DNA of 54,430 nt from IMG/VR virus record IMGVR_UViG_3300020182_003422, positions 1-54,430 of that record; one strand, 5' to 3'. Made by a program: the position numbers and the translations under genes. The number at the start of each line of letters is the position of its first letter. Within the stretch, counting starts at the first letter, position 1. The notes under the pieces were generated by a model, which was not told the DNA's origin, searched no databases, and saw only the letters and a program-made list of their open reading frames with translations. This DNA comes from a virus (Duplodnaviria; Caudoviricetes). Below are positions 1-9,494 of this stretch, in pieces.

Positions 1-3000
1 TGTTCGTTGTGTTTCACGCGATCATCTGAAGTGTGAATGGTTGTTCCACTAACCGCAATATTTCCATATACATCTAACTTTTGCGTAGGACTCGCAGTAC
101 CAATACCTACATTGCCGTCACTTTTCACAGAAAACTTATATCCTCCATCAGCATAAACACCGAAAGCATGGGCATCATGGACGGCTGTAGCATCTGTCCT
201 GACAAGCAAGCCTGCGGCTCCGACGTCGGAGCGAGTATTGTATATTCTTGAGGCCCAATTATCTACAGATAGTTTCACCTCAAGGGGGTAACCAGGATCC
301 GTAGTGCCAATACCTACGTGGCCGTTTGATAAGATTTTAAACCTAGAGGTTAAGGAGACCTCATCCCCAACCGGTGTCATTTGTGGACCAGCTGAAAGAT
401 ATTCTAAATCGACACCTACTACTAACGCACCACGAGAAAAATTAGCATTATCTGCGGTGGATATAAATTTAGCGGACTCTCCTTCGGAAGACCTGACTCC
501 ATATCCAATCAATGAAGCTCCACTTGAGTACATTGATCCAAAATTATTTATATAGTCGTCGGAAGCTCCTAAATACTTTATCCTTAATCCGACTACTCCG
601 CTAGTTGAACTCTTGCTCCCAGCTTCAATAATTCCGTTCACATCAAGTTTTGAAAAAGGGTTCGTAGTACCAATACCTACATTACCCGCGGAGTTGATGC
701 GCATTGCTTCGCTAACCCCAGAAAGATTTCCTCCCGTGTAAAATACCAAATGATGCGAACCGTCCTCGGTATGATCTTCTCTAAATCCACCGATAGATGC
801 TAAACCATGCGCAAATAATATTCTTGTTCCTTGATAATTATTTGGAATATTTCTTTGAAGAAACAATGAGTCAGACCAATCAGGGTTAGCGGATGTTCCC
901 GCTGAACCTGCATCACCGTCATAGATATTTAAAATATTTCCAGGACTCGTAGTACCAATACCTACATTGCCGTTAGATTTGATATGCATTGCTGATGTAG
1001 TGCCACTTCCGCTGTTTACGGCAAATGAAAGATCAGCAACATTATTTGCTCCTTTCCTTAAAGCGGCAATCTGTGCAACTCTTTTATCTGTTCCTACAAC
1101 ATTTGTATTGTTGAAAGCAATCGTACCACCGAGGTTGTCTGTTTCAGACGAAGTTCCAACTTCAACCCAACCGTTCGAATTACCTCCTCCAAGAACCGTA
1201 AGAAATGTACCACCATTATGATTTAGTTTTGGACTCGCAGTACCAATACCTACATTGCCGCCATTAAAATAGGAATTTCCGTCTGAGTGTAATTTTACGC
1301 GATCATTATTACTAGTTTCATTTGTTCTAAGTACTAATACAGGTTGATTCTCCCCAGTAGAAACTCCAGTAGTCCACGATGAAATTAATGCTCCCCCTGT
1401 AGGAACATCAAACCTACCAACTCCAGCAACGTGCAAACTCGCACTAGGACTCGTAGTACCAATACCTACACTGCCGTTGTGTTTAATGGTGACTGCAGGA
1501 GATAATGATAATCCATTATTTGTAAGTATATCTAATTTACCACCGTTAGTACCATCATATGATCCCGCAAGCTGAACTCTTTCACTAGCAGTATCACCAT
1601 CAACTTCGTCAGTAATTAAAGAAATAACCGATGAAGAGCTTCCAGTATTTATCCTAGTGTTAGTTACCTTTAATATACTTGCCCCACTAGATGTATCCAA
1701 ATCTCGACGCACTTCCAATTTCGCACCAGGACTCGTAGTACCAATACCTACATTGCCTGCGGAGGTGATGCGCATGCGTTCTTGGGGGTTTCCTACAGTA
1801 CTTTGTTTGGTATAAAATGCTAAATCCCCAAGATTATTAGAACCCTTATCAATATGAAGTATTGCACCCCCAACATGAGCTGCATCATCATTCGTAAAAG
1901 CAATTCCGTTGCCTTTGTTAGTTGTACTATTATTACGGACAACTATAGCGTAGCTTTCAGCATTACTCAAGTCTGCTAAAGCATCTCTATCAGACGCATT
2001 TATATCAAGCAATCCTTTAGGACTCGCAGCACCAATACCTATATTGCCGCCAGCGAAATTAAAGCCTTGACCGTTAGAGTAAGTAAGAGAAACAGGAGAA
2101 GCGGCACCAGCTATACCTGTACCCCAAGAAATTCCAGCGTCCGAAATTGTATCGTAACCAGCATTTGCAGCGATTTCAATGTTATGATCTTCAAGTTTTA
2201 TTGTTTCAGTATTAACGATCAACTGAGTGCCATCCACAGTTAAATTACCACTAACAGTTAAATCCCTAAGAATATTAACATCACCCTCTGTATAATTAAC
2301 ACTAGCATCCGATCCAGTTTTCCAATAAACCGGCCTGCCACCAAATGTTGTATGAATTCTGTAATTATTATTAGGAAGATTTTTTGCAAAAACTAAATTA
2401 TAACTACTCGCAGAAACTCCCGATATTACATAAGGAATAATATCCCCATCCCCTTCAATTTGTAAATCTGTTGAAATGCTTGGAATAGCATTGTACTCCT
2501 CAACAAAGTCGACCTGGTAAATTGAGCTTCCGCTCGGTAGGGGCTTTATAAAACCTAAAGGAACTTCTCCAGTAACCAACCCTCCTGGAATATTCGAACC
2601 TACCGACCACTTGCTATTAGCGAGATCCCACTTTACAATATCACCATCTTGAACCGGCTGCGTATCACCTACTGCGCCATTAGACCCCACCTTAAATTCA
2701 GAAGAAACATTTAATGAGCCCTCGATATAGGTGTTCCCATCGACATGTAAATCATACTCAGGATTATCAGTACCAACCCCAACCTTTCCTGCGTCATAAA
2801 ATATCTCACCAGCTTCATTTCCGTCTTGCCACTTACCCAAGCTGGAAGATGCGATGCCAGTCAAAACTGCATTTCCATCAACATAAAGACCTTGCGAAAA
2901 ATTACCAGAACCAGAAACATCTAAATCATAAACCGGGGAATCGCTATTGACTCCAACGTTACCGCCAGTATAAAATATCTGACCAACGACATTTCCGTCG

Positions 3001-3893
3001 TACCATTTTCCAGCACTTCCAGTAACCACGGCTTCTCCGTCAACATAAAGACCTTGCGAAAAATTACCAGAACCAGAAACATCTAAATCATAAACCGGGG
3101 AATCGCTATTGACTCCAACGTTACCGCCAGTATAAAATATCTGACCAACGACATTTCCGTCGTACCATTTTCCAGCACTTCCAGTAACCACGGCTTCTCC
3201 GTCAACATAAAGACCTTGCGAAAAATTACCAGAACCAGAAACATCTAAATCATAAACCGGGGAATCGCTATTGACTCCAACGTTACCGCCAGTATAAAAT
3301 ATCTGACCAACGACATTTCCGTCGTACCATTTTCCAGCACTTCCAGTAACCACGGCTTCTCCGTTAACATAAAGACCTTGCGAAAAATTACCAGAACCAG
3401 AAACATCTAAATCAAGATTAATTCCGATATTCGAGGATTTCAAGAAGACCCCGCTTCCAGATTCATTCAACAATTCCAAACCTAACGAGTTAATGGCTTC
3501 AACCTTTTCGCCCTTAAATAATTTACCAGAATCAACCCTAACATCTTGATTAAAATTCCAAGCCGCATTTGAGCCAAGCCAAGAAATTGTTTTATTAGTA
3601 GCCCCCCTTAAAGTAATACCTCCTCCATCTGCAGTTATGTCCGTAGGAACATCAACAACTCCAAGCTCGATATTTTTATCGTCCACCTGAACACTTGTCT
3701 CATTTATGGTCGAAAAATTCCCCCTGACAGTTAAGTCTCCGTCTATTTGAGTGTTACCGGTTATGTGAAAATCTGACTCTGGAGCAGTGGTTCCCACCCC
3801 AATTCTACCACCACTAATTCCAATAATAGCTTCCGTTTCTTCAATAAATGAATTTTGTCCGCTCTTGATTAAGTATACTTGATTTTTTGCCAT
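1..3893 (-). CDS. Long modular tail fibre / receptor-binding protein with a probable C-terminal peptidase S74 chaperone domain (3' end outside window)
   Basis: Not in the ORF track because it runs off the edge. ATG at 3893-3891 (MAKNQVYLIKSGQNSF...). It has repeated G(N/S/H)(V/I)GIG(T/A)xxP motifs, all in one frame, and at the window edge reads ...HTSDDRVKHNE, matching the SDxRxK start of S74 autocleaving chaperones. Frame was checked at both ends and at each repeat, not codon by codon. Confidence 0.85.
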   Translation of the reverse strand, partial: MAKNQVYLIKSGQNSFIEETEAIIGISGGRIGVGTTAPESDFHITGNTQIDGDLTVRGNFSTINETSVQVDDKNIELGVVDVPTDITADGGGITLRGATNKTISWLGSNAAWNFNQDVRVDSGKLFKGEKVEAINSLGLELLNESGSGVFLKSSNIGINLDLDVSGSGNFSQGLYVNGEAVVTGSAGKWYDGNVVGQIFYTGGNVGVNSDSPVYDLDVSGSGNFSQGLYVDGEAVVTGSAGKWYDGNVVGQIFYTGGNVGVNSDSPVYDLDVSGSGNFSQGLYVDGEAVVTGSAGKWYDGNVVGQIFYTGGNVGVNSDSPVYDLDVSGSGNFSQGLYVDGNAVLTGIASSSLGKWQDGNEAGEIFYDAGKVGVGTDNPEYDLHVDGNTYIEGSLNVSSEFKVGSNGAVGDTQPVQDGDIVKWDLANSKWSVGSNIPGGLVTGEVPLGFIKPLPSGSSIYQVDFVEEYNAIPSISTDLQIEGDGDIIPYVISGVSASSYNLVFAKNLPNNNYRIHTTFGGRPVYWKTGSDASVNYTEGDVNILRDLTVSGNLTVDGTQLIVNTETIKLEDHNIEIAANAGYDTISDAGISWGTGIAGAASPVSLTYSNGQGFNFAGGNIGIGAASPKGLLDINASDRDALADLSNAESYAIVVRNNSTTNKGNGIAFTNDDAAHVGGAILHIDKGSNNLGDLAFYTKQSTVGNPQERMRITSAGNVGIGTTSPGAKLEVRRDLDTSSGASILKVTNTRINTGSSSSVISLITDEVDGDTASERVQLAGSYDGTNGGKLDILTNNGLSLSPAVTIKHNGSVGIGTTSPSASLHVAGVGRFDVPTGGALISSWTTGVSTGENQPVLVLRTNETSNNDRVKLHSDGNSYFNGGNVGIGTASPKLNHNGGTFLTVLGGGNSNGWVEVGTSSETDNLGGTIAFNNTNVVGTDKRVAQIAALRKGANNVADLSFAVNSGSGTTSAMHIKSNGNVGIGTTSPGNILNIYDGDAGSAGTSANPDWSDSLFLQRNIPNNYQGTRILFAHGLASIGGFREDHTEDGSHHLVFYTGGNLSGVSEAMRINSAGNVGIGTTNPFSKLDVNGIIEAGSKSSTSGVVGLRIKYLGASDDYINNFGSMYSSGASLIGYGVRSSEGESAKFISTADNANFSRGALVVGVDLEYLSAGPQMTPVGDEVSLTSRFKILSNGHVGIGTTDPGYPLEVKLSVDNWASRIYNTRSDVGAAGLLVRTDATAVHDAHAFGVYADGGYKFSVKSDGNVGIGTASPTQKLDVYGNIAVSGTTIHTSDDRVKHNE
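88..2049 (-). repeat. Eight dispersed ~30-bp in-frame direct repeats (consensus + strand ggactcgYagtaccaatacctacattgccg)
   Basis: Copies start at 88, 295, 658, 943, 1231, 1447, 1729 and 2020. Spacings of 207, 363, 285, 288, 216, 282 and 291 bp are all multiples of 3. Confidence 0.9.
2878..3414 (-). repeat. Near-perfect 162-bp (54-aa) tandem repeat, about 3.3 copies, inside the tail fibre gene
   Basis: acataaagaccttgcgaaaa recurs at 2881, 3043, 3205 and 3367. Unit: LDVSGSGNFSQGLYVDGEAVVTGSAGKWYDGNVVGQIFYTGGNVGVNSDSPVYD. Confidence 0.95.
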
Positions 3894-4166
3894 GATTTAT
3901 AAAGGTTGGTTATAAGCTATTTCGCCATATCTAGTTATATACACATTGATGACATTAACTAGAAACAAAATACCTCATAAAAATAAATTTCAATTCGCCA
4001 GGGTAAGCCATAAAATGTAAAATAAAAGTTCCATCATCAACCGCTCTTGGTTCGGCGTTAAATTCGCTCATTGGGAACATTTCTTCATTAAGCCCAAAAA
4101 CCGTCAGGCCTTTTCTTAAGTGAAGCAGTTAGTTCGATATTCATACAAAATAAACTAACACGAATA

Positions 4167-4646
4167 TTAATCTTTATGAATAGAAATGTCTAAATAACTT
4201 CCAGTTTCAAGAACCTTATCAGAAAAGGACACCTGGAAGCCTTCGGTAGAAACGTTGTAAGTTGAGAAAGCGTAAAAAAACTCAGACTCCTCATCAACCC
4301 TCATAGAAACATTTACTTGAGGGGGTGTAGGATAAACCAGGGAGTCGCCGATATCCGAATAAGTATATGATAAAGTATGCTGTCCAGTTGGAATAAGCAA
4401 AGAAGTGGAAAATGTTCTTTGAGCGCCAATCGCATCATTTAAACTTTCCCCTAATTTTCTAATCTTAGACCAGTCCTCTAAATTATTCTCCCCTGTCTTT
4501 TCGTATATAAAATTAGTCTCAGAATCTACATATTGAGACCCCACAACACCCGCAGCCTTTGAACTGTTAGAGGGAGGCCCTGCATCAATAATCAGAGGTT
4601 TTCTTATTCCTAGATTAGCATTAACGAAAGTTTCGAACGCGCCCAC
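4167..4646 (-). CDS. Hypothetical protein, probably virion structural
   Basis: 159-aa ORF (GTG start) directly downstream of the portal. It has a GSQYVDSETNFIYEKT tail-protein-like motif and a beta-rich C-terminus. Confidence 0.6.
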   Translation of the reverse strand: MGAFETFVNANLGIRKPLIIDAGPPSNSSKAAGVVGSQYVDSETNFIYEKTGENNLEDWSKIRKLGESLNDAIGAQRTFSTSLLIPTGQHTLSYTYSDIGDSLVYPTPPQVNVSMRVDEESEFFYAFSTYNVSTEGFQVSFSDKVLETGSYLDISIHKD

Positions 4647-4649
4647 AAT

Positions 4650-6635
4650 CTATACCTCCTTATGGCTATGAAACAGAAGAGCTGCGGAGTATAAATCCAG
4701 GCCATGACTAATAGATATTTTTTGAATTTCACTATTAGAAACTAAAGATTCTATATTTTCCGAATCACCAATACACCCCGAAAGAACATCAACCCAATCT
4801 TCTCGAAGGCAAGAGACGATTACAGACTCGCACAACTCGTCAATCATACCTTTCTCCTTTTTGCTTAGCCTTTTTTTCTTCGCTCTTTTTCTCATTTCCG
4901 CGTAGCCGCCCTCCCGCAACTTCTCTGTAGAATATATAACCTCCTGAAGGCTTTTTCTCGAATAAAGATTCGCAGATGAGGAAGAAGGCTCTTGAGGAAT
5001 ACCAGAGGTACCCACTGGCCTGCCAACTTCTTTAGTCGGAGAGCTTGCACCTTCCTCAAAAACGTCCTCGGTTACCATTGGTACCCCGCCAACAATAGGA
5101 TTATACATCCCCTTTTTTCTTTGGGCTATATATTTCTCTTGAGCAGGGCTCATTTCTGCAGGTTTTGGGTAGCTCCCTTTTTCCAGAACATCCATTCCTT
5201 GCTCCGGAGTAATAATACCAAGCTCCATTAATCTAGTCGTAACTCTTTGAAGTTGAACCTCGTCCTTTATGTCTGCCTGCTCAAATTTAACAGTAGGGTA
5301 TTTCCTAAAGCCAAGGTTCTGACAAACCATCTTTACCTGAGGCTGCAAGAAGTCGTATATAAAGGCATTCCTAGACTCCTCAAGGCGCTCCAAAAATATC
5401 TTAGCCTTTACCTGACTATTGCTATATCTTTCGTCCCCAACGATTACGTTTTGAAGTCCCTCCTTTATATCGTTATTGATGACTTCGTACTTCGACGGAC
5501 CAACGACCTTTCCTATGTCTGGAATAACGAATTGAGCTTTTGTTGTATAATCGCTAACAAGTACCCTACCAACGCTCTCGTTTTTGAATAATGTTTGCAT
5601 AGCCTCCATATTGCGAGGATTAATCCCTCCCTTATCAGGCTCAGCCCCCATCGTTATTAAAAGTATTACATTCTCTATCGTCCTACAAATAGCTTGATCA
5701 ATCTGCTTCAGCTCAAGCTTGAAATTTATATCATCAAGAACAGGAAAACCGAAAGGGACAGCAAAAGGCTCATAGTCCTGCTTCTTGTAAAAAGAGTAAG
5801 CCAAATTTCCCGGCTCAAGCTTGATCCTTATTCCGTCAGAATTATATTTTCCCGTACGAATCTTCTCCTTGATATCTTCGCTTAGCGCCTCAAAAACCTG
5901 AGTGTCGTAATCTGTCTTTGGGTTTCGAAGTCTTTCTATATCATATTCGGATAATATTTTTTCGTACAAACCTGTCTCAAAAGAAGATCCCTTAGTCGCG
6001 ACTATATCGTAAGGATTGAGCAGGATATATTTAATAGGTAAATTTCCAGGCTTCAAAGATAAGGAGGACGACCCGTATATCTTACTTAACTTATCAAAGT
6101 CTGACTTCTCAAATTTTCCGTCAACCCTATACAAGAATATGTTACCGCTCCTATAATACTCCCTGAAATACTGATCCTTCAAGTTCCATAAATTAATTTT
6201 ATCAAACCACTTATATATAAAATCCCTCGACTTCTGAGTTCCTCCTTCAAGGTATATTTTGGAATTGGCAAACTCAGACATAACATCAATAGCGTTTCTA
6301 AATACAGCTACATTGGCATACGCCTTTTGACACAGCTCTATAGCTTCCCTAACGTTGACCCCGTCACTACCATAGTTATATGGAAGCATTCCTCCGGAAA
6401 TATGAGAAAACCGATATTTTTTATCCGACTTATGAGCGAAGTTCCTTCTAGAAGAAAACTCATCGCTTTCAGACTTATTTCTTGAATAGTTTGCACTGGA
6501 CTCTATATAGTAAGGTTCCCCCGAAGAAGAAGGTGGAACGACAGGAGAGCTTAAAGGGTTGCTCTTGCTCGCAGAAATCTCCTTCTCGAACTTGCCCCAA
6601 TAATCAGACTTTTTAATGTACTTCCGTTTACCCAT
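4650..6635 (-). CDS. Portal protein
   Basis: 661 aa. N-terminal AYANVAVFRNAIDVMSEF...FREYYRSGNIFLYR pattern typical of phage portals, with a helical C-terminus. Terminase, protease and capsid genes are in the same window. Confidence 0.75.
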   Translation of the reverse strand: MGKRKYIKKSDYWGKFEKEISASKSNPLSSPVVPPSSSGEPYYIESSANYSRNKSESDEFSSRRNFAHKSDKKYRFSHISGGMLPYNYGSDGVNVREAIELCQKAYANVAVFRNAIDVMSEFANSKIYLEGGTQKSRDFIYKWFDKINLWNLKDQYFREYYRSGNIFLYRVDGKFEKSDFDKLSKIYGSSSLSLKPGNLPIKYILLNPYDIVATKGSSFETGLYEKILSEYDIERLRNPKTDYDTQVFEALSEDIKEKIRTGKYNSDGIRIKLEPGNLAYSFYKKQDYEPFAVPFGFPVLDDINFKLELKQIDQAICRTIENVILLITMGAEPDKGGINPRNMEAMQTLFKNESVGRVLVSDYTTKAQFVIPDIGKVVGPSKYEVINNDIKEGLQNVIVGDERYSNSQVKAKIFLERLEESRNAFIYDFLQPQVKMVCQNLGFRKYPTVKFEQADIKDEVQLQRVTTRLMELGIITPEQGMDVLEKGSYPKPAEMSPAQEKYIAQRKKGMYNPIVGGVPMVTEDVFEEGASSPTKEVGRPVGTSGIPQEPSSSSANLYSRKSLQEVIYSTEKLREGGYAEMRKRAKKKRLSKKEKGMIDELCESVIVSCLREDWVDVLSGCIGDSENIESLVSNSEIQKISISHGLDLYSAALLFHSHKEV

Positions 6636-6644
6636 CTATTATGG

Positions 6645-6720
6645 TACACGAAAGTTAAAGTAAAGTCTACTTAAAGTTAAAAGTTAACTTTTTAACTTTT
6701 GACTTACGATCGAAAGTGTA
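6645..6720. promoter_or_regulatory. Divergent promoter region: two outward-facing GTGTA motifs flanking AAAGTT/AACTTT repeats
   Basis: TACAC at 6645-6649 is 9 nt from the portal ATG, and GTGTA at 6716-6720 is 9 nt from the ATG at 6730. The palindrome aaaagttaactttt lies between them. Confidence 0.6.
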
Positions 6721-6729
6721 TATACAAAA

Positions 6730-6906
6730 ATGGCAAACAAAAAACAAAGAAGATGCTCAGTATCAACAACAAAAGGCAAGGTCAAGGGGACCATAATTAG
6801 CGAGTACGAAGAGGTCGGAGGGCCAGATGACGGAGCTATCTTTGCTACAATAGAACTAGACAACGGACAAACAATAACAGTAAAAATGTCCGAAATCCAA
6901 GATTGA
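6730..6906 (+). CDS. Small hypothetical protein (58 aa)
   Basis: Below the ORF-track cutoff: MANKKQRRCSVSTTKGKVKGTIISEYEEVGGPDDGAIFATIELDNGQTITVKMSEIQD. GTGTA motif 9 nt upstream. Confidence 0.65.
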   Translation: MANKKQRRCSVSTTKGKVKGTIISEYEEVGGPDDGAIFATIELDNGQTITVKMSEIQD

Positions 6907-6923
6907 TTAGTGTAACTCAAGCC

Positions 6924-7163
6924 ATGAGCGACAACAACACACACCCCGACTTTAGATACCCAAACGACAACAGAGACCTTCCCCCAGGAACCCTCAGCTA
7001 CCCCTCTCAGCAAAAGGTTGGTGAAAATTCCCAAAAAGGAGATCGAGATTATTATGCCAACGACAACGGCGGGCACCATGCAAACTCAAACAGGCAAAGC
7101 CTTACATCAGCCGATCCACTCAATAAGAAACAAGCGCCAAACTCAAATTACAAAACGCCATGA
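6924..7163 (+). CDS. Hypothetical low-complexity protein (79 aa)
   Basis: ATG at 6924 lies 9 nt after GTGTA (6910-6914). The stop overlaps the next start (ATGA at 7160). Confidence 0.55.
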   Translation: MSDNNTHPDFRYPNDNRDLPPGTLSYPSQQKVGENSQKGDRDYYANDNGGHHANSNRQSLTSADPLNKKQAPNSNYKTP

Positions 7164-9130
7164 TCTTTGCAGTAACAACACTAATTTCGGCATTAAGTAT
7201 TTCCTGCATAGCGGCGTACTTCAGCATTATCGGGCTGGCAACTATTTTCCCAGGATCTATGTACGCAGTAATAGCTATGGGCTCCGTGCTAGAAGTGGGT
7301 AAAATTATAGCTTCAATTTGGCTGCATAAAAATTGGAAGTCGGCGCCAAGAATGATAAAGTTCTACCTTTTTTCGGCAATTATTGTATTGATGGGGATAA
7401 CAAGCATGGGTATTTTTGGATTCCTATCTAAGTCCCACATAGAGCACGAGCAAACCGCCGAAAAGTCTAAAGCTCTAGTAAGTCAAGTAGAAAGCAAGAT
7501 AGAAAGGCAAAGAGAATACATACAAAGGCAAAAAGACCTGATGCTTAAAAAAGAAGAAGAATCAGAGAACCTCGGAGGAAAAACCTCTGAAAATATAAAA
7601 CTTGAACAAGGAAAAATATCTCAATTAACAAATCAACTAGATAGAGACATAAGCATTGACAATGAAATATTAAAATCCCTCAACAATAAACTTTCTAAAT
7701 TAGATAAAGAATTAAATGATTTAAAAAATAAGTCTGGAGGATTATTCTCTAGCAAAAAGAAAGATATTGAATCTAAGACACTAGAACAAAAGATCGAAAG
7801 AGAAAATATAGCTAAAAAAATAAAAACTGCTGAAGATAACATATCCAAGCAAAGAGCAGAAACTTCTGAAATAATATCCAGCATAAGAAAAAGGATACAA
7901 GAGTACCAATCTTTAGGCTTCGAGGATCCAGGGGAGACAGAGTCCAAGGTTGAGTTGTTTAATATTAACATATCTAAAGCTCTAGACGAGATTGATGAGC
8001 TAGAGCAAGAGAAATTTAATTACAGCGACGGAACGAGGCAACTAGAAGCTGAGGTTGGGCCAATCAAATATGTTGCAGAGTTTATTTCAGATATAACAGG
8101 ATCTTCTTTTGATATCAGTAAGGCGGTAAGGATAGTGATATTGATATTGATTTTTGTGTTTGACCCACTAGCCATCTTACTGGTTCTCGCAGCGCACATA
8201 AGCCTATCCAAAAGATTCCCCAACGCAACTATAGACGAAGAAACTTATATCAAAAAAACCGCACAACTCCACCTCAAAGAAAAAGAGATAAAATCAAAAG
8301 AGCTTGAGCTTAAAGAGAGAAAAAGAGACGTTGAAGAAGACTCAAAGATTATGGAACTTCACGAAACTCAATCTAAAATATTCCAAGAAGAGATATCAAA
8401 AAATAAAGAGATCCTTCGCAAGGTAAAAATAGAAACAGAAAAAGAATTAATAAAAAAAGAAAACACATCAGAAATAACCCTTGAACTAGAAAACCTGCAA
8501 AAAGAAAAAGTTAACGTAGAGAAAGAAATCAAAGAGATAAGAATCAAGAAAGGCGGTTTAATAGATAGAGCTGATGAAGCAATAAAGAGCGCTAAAGAAA
8601 TCAAAGAGGTCCTAGGAGAACACGCAAGAACCAAAGAGCAGATACAGCAACTCAAGTCTGACATATGCATTAGCGGTGAAAAATTTGAGTCCCTAAAAAA
8701 ACAAATAAGAGCCATAGAGCTAGAAAACAAACAACTTAAAGCCGCAGAAGCGCCAGAGCCAAACATAGGACTTAAAAATAAAATAACGCAACTCATAGAT
8801 CAAAAGAACGACTTGTTAGAGCAAAACTTAGAGCTTAAGAGTAGTAAAATGTTCGTGATAAAAACGGAGGCGTTGCCGCAAAACAAGAGCAAGCTATTAA
8901 TACCCTCGATTAAAAAAGGCCACCACGAATACTCGAAAGAAGCCTCTTTTTCTGAAGACCAAATATTAATGTTAACAAAGGTAAGTCGAGAGCTTGATGA
9001 CGCATTTAAAGACCTCGACAACGAAAACCTCAAAAGGTTGTATGAGCTTAAGATAAAAAAAATAATAGACCCTAGATGCGACAACGCTACATACAGACAG
9101 GTAAAGCCTGAATATAAATTTATTCCTTGA
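7160..9130 (+). CDS. Membrane-anchored coiled-coil protein
   Basis: 656 aa with about three N-terminal hydrophobic helices, a long K/E coiled coil, a central TM segment (IVILILIFVFDPLAILLVLAA) and a second coiled coil. Confidence 0.7.
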   Translation: MIFAVTTLISALSISCIAAYFSIIGLATIFPGSMYAVIAMGSVLEVGKIIASIWLHKNWKSAPRMIKFYLFSAIIVLMGITSMGIFGFLSKSHIEHEQTAEKSKALVSQVESKIERQREYIQRQKDLMLKKEEESENLGGKTSENIKLEQGKISQLTNQLDRDISIDNEILKSLNNKLSKLDKELNDLKNKSGGLFSSKKKDIESKTLEQKIERENIAKKIKTAEDNISKQRAETSEIISSIRKRIQEYQSLGFEDPGETESKVELFNINISKALDEIDELEQEKFNYSDGTRQLEAEVGPIKYVAEFISDITGSSFDISKAVRIVILILIFVFDPLAILLVLAAHISLSKRFPNATIDEETYIKKTAQLHLKEKEIKSKELELKERKRDVEEDSKIMELHETQSKIFQEEISKNKEILRKVKIETEKELIKKENTSEITLELENLQKEKVNVEKEIKEIRIKKGGLIDRADEAIKSAKEIKEVLGEHARTKEQIQQLKSDICISGEKFESLKKQIRAIELENKQLKAAEAPEPNIGLKNKITQLIDQKNDLLEQNLELKSSKMFVIKTEALPQNKSKLLIPSIKKGHHEYSKEASFSEDQILMLTKVSRELDDAFKDLDNENLKRLYELKIKKIIDPRCDNATYRQVKPEYKFIP

Positions 9131-9155
9131 CTTTATTCTTTTTTTTCGCTACAAT
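9127..9155 (+). promoter_or_regulatory. sigma70-type promoter (leaderless)
   Basis: TTGACT-17 nt-TACAAT, 6 nt before the GTG start at 9162. Confidence 0.7.
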
Positions 9156-9161
9156 CCATGA

Positions 9162-9494
9162 GTGAAGAAAATAAACAAAAGAGAAATAATAAAAAGATTA
9201 GTAGTTGAGCCCAAAACTCAAAAAAGATTCTTTTGGGCCAAAGAGATGAAGATTCTAAACTCCCTCATGGAGATATTTCCAAATCTAGATTTTTGGACAA
9301 AAGTTTCCATAAGGAAAGTTCCGTCCCTAGCCGTAATCAAGTCGCAGAAAGGATTAAAGATATTCAATAATAAATATAGAGAATTTAATTATAAAATACC
9401 AGTAAAAAACGAAATTCAGCTTGGAGACAAAACAGGAAAGGATATCTTTTATTCGAAAAAAAATAAAACAATCAGACAATTCATAGATGAGTAA
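9162..9494 (+). CDS. Hypothetical basic protein
   Basis: 110-aa ORF after a sigma70 promoter, overlapping the recA start. Confidence 0.65.
   Translation: MKKINKREIIKRLVVEPKTQKRFFWAKEMKILNSLMEIFPNLDFWTKVSIRKVPSLAVIKSQKGLKIFNNKYREFNYKIPVKNEIQLGDKTGKDIFYSKKNKTIRQFIDE

Noticed and set aside
88-2049. 30-bp repeats as a CRISPR array
   Set aside because: Intervening sequences are about 180-330 bp and all in frame within a coding gene. The repeats encode a tail-fibre motif and there is no cas operon.
304-2950. Plus-strand ORFs 304-555, 967-1221 and 2714-2950
   Set aside because: Antisense shadows of the long minus-strand tail fibre gene.
1-3893. Diversity-generating retroelement or invertase shufflon acting on the fibre
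   Set aside because: No reverse transcriptase or site-specific recombinase in the window, no adenine-specific TR/VR pair seen, and the repeats are direct rather than inverted.
6684-7302. ORFs 6684-7079(-) and 7018-7302(+)
   Set aside because: They overlap better-supported plus-strand genes that have GTGTA motifs and coupled stops and starts.
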